The translations under genes and the position numbers were made by a program. A stretch of 63,299 bases of DNA, the filler included, from Rhabdomonas costata (taxonomy: Eukaryota): assembly GCA_019059605.1 (NCBI GenBank). It is 51 parts of 51 records of this genome, joined end to end, with 100 filler letters (N's around TTAATTAATTAA, not from the genome) between each part and the next. Parts side by side here need not be neighbours in the genome. Positions count along the whole stretch, not along the records: positions 49,728 to 50,871 come from JAHMHO010026495.1; positions 50,972 to 52,113 come from JAHMHO010026496.1; positions 52,214 to 53,355 come from JAHMHO010026497.1; positions 53,456 to 54,598 come from JAHMHO010026498.1; positions 54,699 to 55,841 come from JAHMHO010026499.1; positions 55,942 to 57,084 come from JAHMHO010026500.1; positions 57,185 to 58,327 come from JAHMHO010026501.1; positions 58,428 to 59,570 come from JAHMHO010026502.1; 43 more parts are not named here. One strand, written 5' to 3'. A model generated the notes under the pieces. It was not told the origin of the DNA. It did no database searches and saw nothing but the letters and a program-made list of their open reading frames with translations. Of this stretch, positions 50,288-61,736 are shown in pieces. Positions within the stretch are counted from its first letter, which is position 1, and each line of letters starts with the position of its first letter.

Positions 50288-50829
50288 CTTTGCACGGCGC
50301 TCGCGTTCGACGGCTAGCATGGCGTGGACCTGCTCCGTGGTCTCCAGAGCGTTGCGGTAGCTCTCGTCCTGCGGATAACCCAAACATGAAGCGAAAAGCT
50401 GAAAACGAGGAGAAGGGAGGAGAGAAAGAGGTACACAGGTTCAATCCGTGCTGTCAGTCCTGTGGGGCCATGGATCATTGAGGAGTGGGAAAAAGACACG
50501 GGCAACAGCTCGAAAGGACACACGCCCCACACAGGTCCTCAAGTGAGCTGTTGTGTGATGTGAGAAAAACTCGCCCTGAACTTTGGCAGCGGCCTGTGCC
50601 ATACACCACGCTCTGTAGAAACTTCAAAGGCAACACAGGCAACGCAGTAGAAGGGGGATGCGGGGGCAGTGAGCGGGACAGCTGTGAAGACGCCCTTGCA
50701 CCTTCTCGCGGAGTTGCTGCAGCAGGGCGGTGACCTGGGCTGGCCTCAAGCGGTCCAGCTCCCCCGCGGTGGGGCTGTGCCCGTGTAGTAAAACCTGAAG
50801 CAGCTCCGCGGCGTCCTCCCCGCTACCGC
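50288..50829 (-). CDS. Coiled-coil protein, two exons, unknown
   Basis: ...LLQQLREK|DESYRNALETTEQVHAMLAVERERRAK; second exon followed by GCACGT. Confidence 0.5.
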
Positions 50830-50977
50830 TGCAAAACAAAAGAAGAAGGAGAAGAAAGGCTCAAACAAAACNNNNNNNNNNNNNNNNNNNNNNNNNNNNN
50901 NNNNNNNNNNNNNNNTTAATTAATTAANNNNNNNNNNNNNNNNNNNNNNNNNNNNNNNNNNNNNNNNNNNNTTGTGG

Positions 50978-51114
50978 GGTTCTGCTTTGCTGCTCTCGAA
51001 GCGAATGGTCTCCTCCTTTTTCTGCATTCAAAAAATAGCCACAGAAAAGGGCGCTTCTCTTTGAATGCAGAAAAAGGAGGAGACCATTCGCTTCGAGAGC
51101 AGCAAAGCAGAACC
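50978..51114. repeat. Perfect 55-bp inverted repeat at contig start (possible fold-back artefact)
   Basis: 50978-51032 versus 51060-51114. Confidence 0.9.
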
Positions 51115-54100
51115 ACACCCGTAACCATAAAAAACAGAATAAGGCGAAACGGCACCTCCGTCATTCTATTTGATTCCATTTGGCTATGACGTGCCACTTT
51201 GTCAACTAAATTCAGGAAGTAAAGTTTAATATTTTTTTTTTGCTCTTTTTGACGCTGGCACAGTGCTGACTTGTACCTCAATTCTGTAACCTTTTAACCT
51301 TTCCCTGTTCAAAAAATGATTAAATCGCCGAAATGTGTCCAACATACCTGATACGGGTCGAGGAAGATGCCTGACCTCTCGGTGAAGGCCTCTGCAACCG
51401 AGGAGAGCCGCTGAGGGAGGCAGCACCCTGGTCTGGAGAGGGTGGTGTTTGAAACGTGACAGTTTTGGGGGTGGCGTTGTCGGATAACGCCCTATCGGAA
51501 AACACGGTCGAAAACTGCAAATCCTGCACCACAATTAGAAGGAACGGTTCCCAAGGCCTCGCGATAACACATTGACAGTTCAGATGAGAGGCAGAGAGAC
51601 ATCTGGGTGTCTAAACCCGGTTTCGGTACGTGTCAAAGCGCCACCTAAGCGGAGTACTGTCTGCAACTTTTGGCACTTTAATTCAGGAAACTACAGGTCA
51701 AGTGAGAAGTTGCACACCACACGAACAAGGCGGAGGGAAACACTACTTTCTGCCATTTAACGCAGTTTGCAAATATGCAAGGTTGATGAATAATCAGACG
51801 TGAAGAAACGCTGGAAAAACAGTCTTCTGGTACCTCAAATCATCTTGCCAGAACAAAACAAGCAAACAAACCTTTCCCGCATCGTCGTGGTAAACTCTGG
51901 GTGCACCAAAAAGTTAAAACGACAAAAAAGGAACTCTGCAGAATAACAGGCAAGACCATATGGTCCTTGGCCTTTAAGGCTTCTGCCAAAAATTTTCAGA
52001 TGGAATTAGATGGAACACATGTCCGCTTTTTACGCACGATATGCAAGCGGGGCTGTCTTTCCCTTTGACTTTGATCTCACTCCCATTTCTCGCCCTCCAA
52101 AGATGTGTCATAGNNNNNNNNNNNNNNNNNNNNNNNNNNNNNNNNNNNNNNNNNNNNTTAATTAATTAANNNNNNNNNNNNNNNNNNNNNNNNNNNNNNN
52201 NNNNNNNNNNNNNGTGGTGGTGCTTGGGCCTATTGGGAGGGTTCCATTGGTTTGACTCGCATATGATCGATTATTGATATTTCACGGTTTCAGACCTCTA
52301 ACACCTCTCTAACTGGGGTAGAACAATCCAGCAGAAGTTTTGCGGAAGGGTAGAAGGCGAGGTGAGTTTCCCTGGAACGTGGCTAACATTTTCTCAGTGG
52401 TCAGGCGATGCACGCGTAGGGGGGTTGGAGGGCGGAAGCAACTTTCCTATCTTTAGAAGGCGTCACACGGGTTGACATCCATCACCTCTTTAACACCCGT
52501 TATAGGGTTAGATGCAACCCCCCCTGACTCCTTACTGTTCATGACCCAAAAATTTGGGCATTGGAAGGTGTACGTGACCCAAAAACCCCAAAACCCTGCT
52601 TTCCGACTACCGCATGGAATCGCCTTTCTACAAGGCACCGAAGACATTGTTTCGTGGTACACAAGCGCTGGTGTCCGTCTCGGCTTTCGTGAACTGACCA
52701 ACCAACCATGACCAACCAAGCAGCCCCGATAGCAGCACGCCGTCCCACTCGTCGCTGCTTTCTCTCTTTTCTCTCTCTCTGTCAGCTGTGGAGGGGTCGC
52801 CCTCGTCTCCGCTGGTGCCCGTTGCGGTGGGACTGGCGGTGCCACTGGGGGCGGTGCTTGTTGTGGGCGTCCCGCTGCTGGTGTACTGCATCCTCCGAAG
52901 GCGAAAGAAAGGCCCGCGCTGATATCTTTTTTGTCGCGCACACTCGCACAAATACACACGTGGTCTGTGGTGGCGAATTGTGTGAATTGTAAAATGCTGG
53001 TGCCAGCTCAGAAACTGAGTTAGCAGTCCGGTTTTCAAAATAAAGCGAACGTTCGAATTTCTTTCTTGTACTGTGCTCACGTCTCCTCGAAAACTGGTCG
53101 CGTTTTCGAGGATGAGGGGTGGGAGGAAGCTTTGTAATTTTATGCACGCATGCGTGTGTGCCTGTTGTGTTGTCTTATGGCTGCCCATATCATCTTTGTT
53201 TGGACAATTGTGGAGCCGATACCAAATATGCACACGAGGGTTCGGAGTGGGCCGAACTTCTCTGCATTCCTGCTTTTTGCAGGGATGCCTGTTCCTCGCT
53301 TGCAGGTGTAAAGCTCGTATCCTTCTACCCCCCCCCCCCGCCGCCAGTGCATCATNNNNNNNNNNNNNNNNNNNNNNNNNNNNNNNNNNNNNNNNNNNNT
53401 TAATTAATTAANNNNNNNNNNNNNNNNNNNNNNNNNNNNNNNNNNNNNNNNNNNNCCCAGCAAATATAGCGCATGGATCGGTCGGGATACGGATAGAATT
53501 AGCAGCGGTTGGCTGCACTGGATTCTGGATTCTGGATTCATTGGTGATAGGATTATTATGATGCAGGCGCTTCTTGTGGTGTGTGTGGCGATCACAACAA
53601 TTCGGGGCTGACATTGCAAGCACGACCTGTTCTGGGTTCATTCAGCTTTTCTCTCCTTCTGTGTGTGTGGAGGGGGGGGGCGCAGTACTACGAACTATTG
53701 CAGCCAATACCAATGCAACCAGATGGCCAGTTCGACAAGTCCCTACCGAACCGAACCGAACCGAAAAAAGATGCCCAGAATGATATCCTTAAAGCTTAAA
53801 AACTTTACAAAGGTTTGGTTGCTAGGTGCTATAACGCACTGCAAGCGGAACTGTTGTATTGCCACTGCCCTCCTAACAATTCCAAAAACCCAAAAACAAT
53901 GGTCAAAAGACCAATTTTGGAATTCGATTGGAATGGGTTGAACAGCTCCCAGAAGAACATGGCGGGTCGTTAATGAGACACAGCGCCGTGGAAGTTTTCT
54001 TGGTGGAGGTTACATCCGCAGGATGAGGATGCGTGAACATAACAAAGGGCACATGATTGGATAGGAGCATCGGAGACGATCCACCTCAGTTGGGATCCCC

Positions 54101-54801
54101 CCCCCCAAAAAAAAAGAAGCAGCATGTCTCTTTCGTGGAGAGAGTCAAGTGGTCACCTGCCGTTACTCACCGGGGAAAATCATAAAGCCATGTGATGGAT
54201 CAGATCTGCAGGCACGCATGTCAAACTACTCATGGAGAAAGTACATTCGGTTACACCCGCGCGCGCTCAATCGCACTCCCGATTTCCTCTCGCAAAAGCA
54301 GCGATGCAAAAAAAATGAAGGTTACTTTCAAACAACACAGGAGAAGTATGTCGGCAACGCGCGCAAATCTGATGGCTCAACGAGTGAGAAGACGACAGTT
54401 CCAACCGAGCGGGGTAAAACACAGCGGGCGCCAGGAAGCATAATATAACACACACCATACGCCAATGATAAGGTATAAAATATTCCAAAAAGTATCACAG
54501 AGGGAGAAAGAGCATTTGTTATACCGCAAGCACATAAGTTGGATAAGTTGGGCTGCGATAGGCCCTGGAAAAGGCCAGTGGGGCCTGTAAAACCAACCNN
54601 NNNNNNNNNNNNNNNNNNNNNNNNNNNNNNNNNNNNNNNNNNTTAATTAATTAANNNNNNNNNNNNNNNNNNNNNNNNNNNNNNNNNNNNNNNNNNNNGG
54701 GTGGGTGTGCGCGCGCAAAAAAAAAGTACACTCTCGGAGTGACTAGAGAAAGTTAAAGAGTGTAAACAGTGTAAAGCAAAGCAAAAGACGATCACTTCCA
54801 C

Positions 54802-55086
54802 CTTCATGAAGGTGCTCTTCCCTGATCCCGGCGGGCCCAGCACCATGGTCATCCGCCCAGGCCGCAGCGTGCCCGTAAGGTTGCACAGGATATCCCGGGA
54901 TGGGCGGGCGGGCCTTCCCCGGCACCCCCACCACAGCATTCTCAGAGGCCATGTCACCAGCCCGACCAGCACCCGCCCCACGCTGGGGATGGAGCCCCCG
55001 CTTCCCGATGCGGTGTCCACGGTATATGTGAGGCCCTCGAAGCGTATCCGGCAGGTGCTTATACCCGACGGGAAGAACTCCACGCT
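54802..55086 (-). CDS. ABCG/PDR-type ABC transporter, start of first NBD (a further upstream exon probably ends at 55262)
   Basis: IRFEGLTY...DILCNLTGTLRPGRMTMVLGPPGSGKSTFMK (Walker A). Confidence 0.92.
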
Positions 55087-56265
55087 CTGCAATTGCCACG
55101 AACGCAAGATATCCCTGGTTTTTCCCTGTCTTCCATCCTTCCCTTCCCTCTGTAAGTTATTGCCGACCGTTAGCTTTCTTATCGGGTGCAACGCAAATAT
55201 ACCACACACGTGTCACAAAAGTGAAGCAGGGCACGACACAGCCGTGCCCCCCAAAAGGGACCTTGCTTAGCAGGGCGCCCAGGCCACGAGCTAAGGCGCT
55301 GTCTGGGCTATCCAGCACAAGCGGGGAAGTAGGACCAGAGGCGGTTGAACTCCCGACTCCCGGCGCCCCGGCGACCTCCTGTCCCCCACCAAATATCAGA
55401 ATACCCAGTGGACACTTTTCTTTGGCCAAATCAAAGGTGATATGCTGATTAATATTAGGGCGGAGCTCAGGTGCTTTGGTATACTAACAAGCTCGTTACA
55501 TGTTTTTCTGATGGTACACTTCTCAGAACAACAGATGTCTCTGTTATTCGCAGCAAAGTGGAGATTTTTCTCCTCCTACGATGTCTCTTGTTGTCCAGCA
55601 CGATTTTTGCAAGGGCGCAGTCCATTGAACTTCGCTGCTGGTTTTCATTCTGTGTAAAGGGCGGCGCGGCGTTGCCATGTGAAACACCCTTATCAGGTCA
55701 GATTGACGGAGTTACTTGGCTACAAGGTGCGAAATTATCCCCTGCTTTCGATCGAAGCAACATATAGAACATGTGCATTCCCTTGTGTGCGGAGTCGGCG
55801 GAGACTCAGGGCATCACCCTGTTGCCTTGTGCACAACCCACNNNNNNNNNNNNNNNNNNNNNNNNNNNNNNNNNNNNNNNNNNNNTTAATTAATTAANNN
55901 NNNNNNNNNNNNNNNNNNNNNNNNNNNNNNNNNNNNNNNNNTGTGATGGGTGAACGCGGACCAATCCAAGGGTACGTGTGCTCGTGTTTTCTGTTTAATC
56001 TGGCTTGCCATGTATTTAGACTCGCTTCGTTTCGTGTTTTGGCTTGCCCCTCTTGGAGTGTGAGGGAGGGTCTGGATTAACGGATACGAAAAGTGCACCT
56101 CATCGCTTCTTGTTTTTTTGTCAGTCACTTGCTGCGGTTGTCTGGTGAATAGGGGATGGGGTCGGCGGCTGTGGCAGGAGTGTGGTCTGCGTGCGGCATG
56201 ACAACCCATTAAGCTCAAGGAGAGCATCTTTGGCGCCTGCTGTTCTGTTTTCTTGGGGTTGTCAG

Positions 56266-57060
56266 GGGTCGACCCCGCCGAAACACTGGCCCAGCTCAAG
56301 GTGGTGTACCAGGCCTCCCAGAAGCGCAAGACTCTGATCGAGAGCCTGGTTCCGGAGGCGGCACTTCCTGTGGTGAGGCAGATGAGCCGCGCGCCGACGG
56401 CTGAGGAGATGGTGCTTTTTGCGGGGGTCTCCTCGGCCACTCTGCTGCACCAGATTACCTGCGGCACCGAGGGGGCATGTGGATCGCTCGTAGTTTCCGC
56501 ATGTCTTAACGTCATTTCATGAAAGTTCAACACCTTTTTATTTTCAGAAGCCATAGTAATGAGCCTTTTGTGGGGTGCATTAGTTAGTTGCTGCCCTTTT
56601 GCTTTTTTGTGTGTTCTCTCTCCCCCTCCCTCCCTCCAGGGCAGGAAATGTCTCTTGTGATTGGGTTGCATGGGGCAGCACTGGTTTCAAAACAAAACAG
56701 CAGCAGTTGTATCGCTTTTCTCGAGGTTCCCCGAGAAAGGATGGTGTATTTCGTGATATCCGTCTGTTGAGACAATATCCAGGGTGCCGTTTTCTAAATA
56801 GGTATGGGTATGTTTTTATGTGTGTTGATCAGTTATGCGCCATTTCGCTTCTTTTCCAAGGAATCAAGAACAAAAAGACTTTTCGTTGCAGCCAGACAGA
56901 AAGGTTCCTTTCTGAAATTAACGAAACGGGTCTTGCTTTCTGCCCACAAACCGCCTCATCAGGGTGAGGCCGTGGACGACATTGTGCAGGAACTCGCCGA
57001 GGAGCACCGCCTGAAACTCCTGCAATGCAACGCGAAACGTCTGGCGGACGAGGAGCGAAA
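56266..57060 (+). CDS. Unknown protein, two exons (from 56266 and 56962)
   Basis: cag acceptors; GC3-rich helical frames; first donor ambiguous. Confidence 0.5.
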
Positions 57061-57465
57061 GCCGATCTCTATTACCCCACACCCNNNNNNNNNNNNNNNN
57101 NNNNNNNNNNNNNNNNNNNNNNNNNNNNTTAATTAATTAANNNNNNNNNNNNNNNNNNNNNNNNNNNNNNNNNNNNNNNNNNNNTGTTTGTGGGTCATCC
57201 CCACCCCACCCGCTCCCCTTTTTCTTGTTCCTGCCCTGTGTGGATCGCGTGGAGTGGGATGGAAGACCCAAGTCCACAATCAAGGGCAGTCAAGCCTGAG
57301 GGGAAGTGTACAAAGACATCTCTAAACGCGTCAATCGGGGGTTCCTAAGGGTCCGCGTACACTGTGGATCGGGGGTCACGTGGGGGTAAGCAACATGTGT
57401 GTGGATAGCCGGAGTATAACCCTCTCTGGACGGTCTCTCTCTGAACTGTGCCTCTCTGAACGCAG

Positions 57466-57591
57466 GCAATGGTTGGCGCAGGGGTTCTCGCGTTGCCCTC
57501 GGCGTTCATCTACCTGGGATGGGCGGGAGGGGCCGTTGTGATGGTGCTGTCCCTGTTTGTCTCGTGGTACTCCTTCTCGCTGCTGGTTCAG
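57466..57591 (+). CDS. Amino acid/auxin permease (AAAP) family exon
   Basis: AMVGAGVLALPSAFIYLGWAGG...SWYSFSLL. Confidence 0.9.
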
Positions 57592-58076
57592 GTGTGGGGT
57601 CCCGTCTGTATGTTATTGCGCGGACATCCAAACTTTGCGAAGTACCGCGGCTCCAGCTGTGACCATTGGTTACCCCAGCGATCATTTGGTTTCCGTCCAT
57701 AGAAGTTCTTTTTTCTTTACGTTTTGTTTTTAGAGTGCTGGTCGTTCTCGAGGTTCCAATCAAACGTACATTTTTACACCATTTAGTATGTTACAGTTTT
57801 CAGTTTTCAGTTTTCAGTTTTCCTTGTATAAATGCCTTAACTGCGTATACCAGGTATGAACATAACGAAAGTACTCGGGTTGAACCAGTAAAAAAGGAGA
57901 CGTCCGCTTTTGCTCATTTGTTTTTGCTTGCGCGCGCGTAAGAGTGGAAACTCAAGAACAACCACCACTTCAAAAAAAAATAGTGATAGTGATAGTGCAA
58001 TGTTTGCTTTGCGCCGTGGTTTTTTATAGTATTTCCTGGATTGGCCTGCAGTAAGGGCTACGGTGATTAGGGCTAA

Positions 58077-58140
58077 GCCGAAGCAGGCCTGGGACTTTTG
58101 TGATTACGACAGGCCTCCCGAAACGCTGCGTGGCCGATCC
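58077..58140 (-). repeat. Dispersed repeat, copy 3 (inverted orientation)
   Basis: 25/25 reverse-complement identity to 2160-2184, plus a matching GCCGAAGCAG end. Confidence 0.8.
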
Positions 58141-58645
58141 ATTGGGTTGCCGCATAATATCGAGAGAGTAGCCCAAGGTCAAAATCACATCATATCTGTC
58201 TCATACGGATTCTCAGGGAAGATGAAGTGTGGTGACGAAAATGGATGTTAGATTCCCCCCCCTTCGCATACTCCTGATTACGTGCGCCGAACTAACGGAC
58301 ACGACTGTCAAATAGACACAAACAAAANNNNNNNNNNNNNNNNNNNNNNNNNNNNNNNNNNNNNNNNNNNNTTAATTAATTAANNNNNNNNNNNNNNNNN
58401 NNNNNNNNNNNNNNNNNNNNNNNNNNNTCGCTACCCTCAGTTCGGCCCTGAGAAATGGGGGGTTGTTTTTCTCCTGTTCCAATCCGAGCTTGGTGGTCCA
58501 AAGGACACCGGAAGGCGAGGTGCCTGGAGGGAGGTGGTGGGCGCCCTTCGACGCGGTTCCTATATTCGGAGGAGGACTGGCTAGAGTCATAGAGAGGACA
58601 TGACCCGGTAGCCCTCGACAGTACACTGTCATCGCAATCGCAAAC

Positions 58646-59570
58646 CTGCAGCCACCGCAATAGCGGGGCGCCGCACGGGCTCGTTGTAATCCATGTAAAA
58701 CGACGTGATGGCGCAGGGCATGTCCAGCAGGGGGTTTTCCGAGATCATCGCGGTGCCGGAAAACACCTTCAACCGCTTTGTGGAGTCTGCGATGACCAGC
58801 TTGTAGTCCCCGTCCTGATGGAAAAGCCAGAGTCGCTGGGCGTTGTAATATAAATGGTGCAAACCTGCAGTGCAACGGGCAGCGCGGGTTTTTGTTACAG
58901 CCTTGAGGTGTTTCAAGGTTCTGGAGGCTCCACCACCGAAACTATGCAATAGCACACAAAGAGAACCCTTGAGCCCTCTCTGGGGTTGGTGTATGCGATT
59001 GCGTCTGTCCAAGGAAAAAAGGCAGTGTGGCTGAAGTGTGTGCCTGTGTGGGTGGGTGTGATCAGGAGCCGGAAAAGAGCTGGTCAAGGTCCACGGGTAA
59101 AGGAGTTGGTCAGCGGAGCATGTACCCCTGTGATCCAATTTTGAGCAGAGAACAAAAATCAACCACCATTCGCTGTGCCGCCGCGTACGTGTTCAGGTGA
59201 AGCTCCTTCGCTGGCAAAGAACCACATGTGTTAGGCTCGAAAAGCAGCCAATGCAAAGCCAAGAACGCAGGAACGAGAAATGTTCGGTCACTACAAAATG
59301 AAATTCGCAAACAGAGATCCAACCAAAACAGCAGAGAAGGTGTGCGAGCGGAGCACGCAGACCCCATTGATGTCCGCAAAGGTCATGCAGGGCGAGAACG
59401 TCTTCAGCCCAGCCAAAGGGTCCTGCCAGGCATCTAACCACAGCGGCCTGTCCTTCTCCTTCTCTTTTTCCTTCTCCTTCTCCCTCTCCCTCTCCCTACC
59501 CTCACCGCGCTCTGTGGTGGAGCCCGAGGGTGCGGCGCTGTCCGGGGGGCCGCCCATGACACCCCCCAAC
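58646..59570 (-). CDS. BBS1: Bardet-Biedl syndrome 1 protein, N-terminus (exons ~59570-59363, 58814-58646)
   Basis: WLDAWQDPLAGLKTFSPCMTFADING|DGDYKLVIAD...LKVFSGT...P.AI.SFYMD...PAIAVAAG. Confidence 0.93.
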
Positions 59571-59670
59571 NNNNNNNNNNNNNNNNNNNNNNNNNNNNNN
59601 NNNNNNNNNNNNNNTTAATTAATTAANNNNNNNNNNNNNNNNNNNNNNNNNNNNNNNNNNNNNNNNNNNN

Positions 59671-59901
59671 CTTCCTGGGGTGCTGGAGTGATAGGTGGCC
59701 CTGATATGGAGGAGTTCCAGTGGAGAGCAAACTTGGATGGCAAGGACCCCTTTCTTTCGTTGATGGAGCACATTCGCAATGGACATTTCCAGTGAATTTT
59801 GAAATATTTGATCTCGCAGGGGGTTAGGAAGCGATGCACGTGACTTCTAGGACAAGATATTTGATTATCACAGGGGGTTAGGAAGCGATGCACGTGTCCC
59901 C
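59671..59901 (+). mobile_element. Possible Merlin/IS1595-like transposon right end
   Basis: MEEFQWRANLDGKDPFLSLMEHIRNGHFQ* (59706-59795), then two copies of a ~40-bp repeat and a ...CACGTGTCCCC end. Confidence 0.45.
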
Positions 59902-60361
59902 TAGAAAAAAGTTCACTGCTGAACGTATGCCGATTAGTTACAAGGGTTATAGGGCTATTCACATGTTGGGTTGGGGGTGGGGTGGGATCGGATGGTGCCA
60001 TACCTGTGCAACACCTGCTGATTATATTGTTGTGCGCGAAAAGCCGTAGCAAACTGGTCTCAAACAGCACTCCCTCCCCCGAAGTGTCACATCTACCCTT
60101 TTTTGGAAGGCAGTCTTTTAAGTTCGTGGCCAACATATGCCCATAAAATTCGTTATTCAGGAGAGAGAATGCACTTCCCACCTCCAGGATTTTCACTCAT
60201 CATCCGCGCGGGGCTCCGTGGCGAGCGGAGGGCTTCGAAAATCCCAATGCAAAGGCAACGGCAGATAGAGTGCTCGCTCGGGGTTCGGTGTGTTATGACA
60301 CTCAGGGGGAACTGAAGAGGGGGCTTCGCTTCTGCAGGGTTACGGTCTGACTGTCTCACAG

Positions 60362-60524
60362 GGGGTTTGGGGACTTCGACTTCAAGCAGTGCGGGGGGCG
60401 CTCGCCGAAGGAGCAGGCAGTGACGTGCTTCCCTGACGTCGTCACGGTGCCGCGGGAGGCGGAGGCCGACGAGTTTGTCATCATGGCCTGCGACGGAGTG
60501 TGGGACGTCCTGTCCAGCCAAGAG
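60362..60524 (+). CDS. Protein phosphatase 2C exon
   Basis: GFGDFDFK...EQAVTCFPDV...DEFVIMACDGVWDVLSSQE. Confidence 0.93.
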
Positions 60525-61121
60525 GTGTGTGTGTATGTCATTCTAGTTTTCCTTCTCGGTAACATTCCTTGCACGTTTGTGAGGAAAGGGTGTAAAGGCA
60601 GCCTTGGTTCGGTCCTATCGCCACAGTTAACGAGCGTTCAGAAACAGCAGGAAAGAGGGAGGGGTATACACGTATGGAGGTGGCCCTGAGTGCTGGACCT
60701 GAGCAGGGCCTGGTCTTTGATTCTGGTGTTGATACAAAGAACCCAACAGAGAAATTGTTCAAAAGCCAAAGCCGATGACTGCACCCAAAACAATGCAAGA
60801 CCCCAACCCCAGGNNNNNNNNNNNNNNNNNNNNNNNNNNNNNNNNNNNNNNNNNNNNTTAATTAATTAANNNNNNNNNNNNNNNNNNNNNNNNNNNNNNN
60901 NNNNNNNNNNNNNGGTTTGTTTTGACGATTCTGCGAGGCGACCCCATCGGCCGTGCCAGCCCTGGACATTGTCACATATGCCTTTGGTTTCGACGAGGAA
61001 ATGACGCTGAGAGGAGGGAGGGGATGCCGATTCATCCTTGGTGTCCTCGGTGCAGAAAGAGGTCAGCGAACTGTTGTGGTGTGTGTGCAAGGGGGGGTGT
61101 CATTCCGCTTCCCACTCGCAG

Positions 61122-61736
61122 CGATTCACTGTTATGGGAAGCTGCTGAATCTGATTGTCATCGCTCGGCGCTCCAAGTATGTGTGCGCCTCTTTGTGTGT
61201 GTGTATGTGTGTGCTAAAGGTTCATTCCCTTCCCAGTGTCTGCCAACTCAGCAACTCAGCACCCTACTTTTCCTCCTCTTGCCGTCCTATTCTCAATTGT
61301 CGCATTGCACTCCTTCCTCCCAATAACCGGTATCAGTCAGATATGCGCTTCTCGCTCTTCAGTTTCTCCTTTTTTCTCACCACCACACCATGCGCCGCCC
61401 CCAATCCCACCGCCGCCCCGTTTCTTTCGTTTCTTTTCCTTCATACCTCACTGCTACATTTCCCTCTTTCTACACACGCTGCGCACTCGCATCTCCCCCT
61501 TTTTTTTGTATTTGTGCTTCTGCTTTCTACCGGACACTAATCACTCGTGTGAGGTCATTTGTTCCCCCTCTGCCTGTTTCTGATTTTTGGGGGGGTGCAA
61601 CGAGACCATTTGGAGTGTAAGTTTTATCCCATAAGCGATGTCGCGACCTTCTCACAGGCAGTTTGCGGGCACACGATACCTGAAGAGAGGGATCAACGAC
61701 CTCGGGTTCGTCGCCAACCACGCGGAAACGGAGCAG
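61122..61736 (+). CDS. FIG4: SAC-domain phosphoinositide phosphatase, FIG4-like (exons 61122-61176, 61658-61736)
   Basis: YGKLLNLIVIARRSK|QFAGTRYLKRGINDLGFVANHAETEQ. Confidence 0.8.

Noticed and set aside
58100-58140. Hammerhead ribozyme in the dispersed repeat (CGAAACGCTGCGT)
   Set aside because: No upstream CTGANGA in any copy, and the would-be cleavage triplet ends in G.
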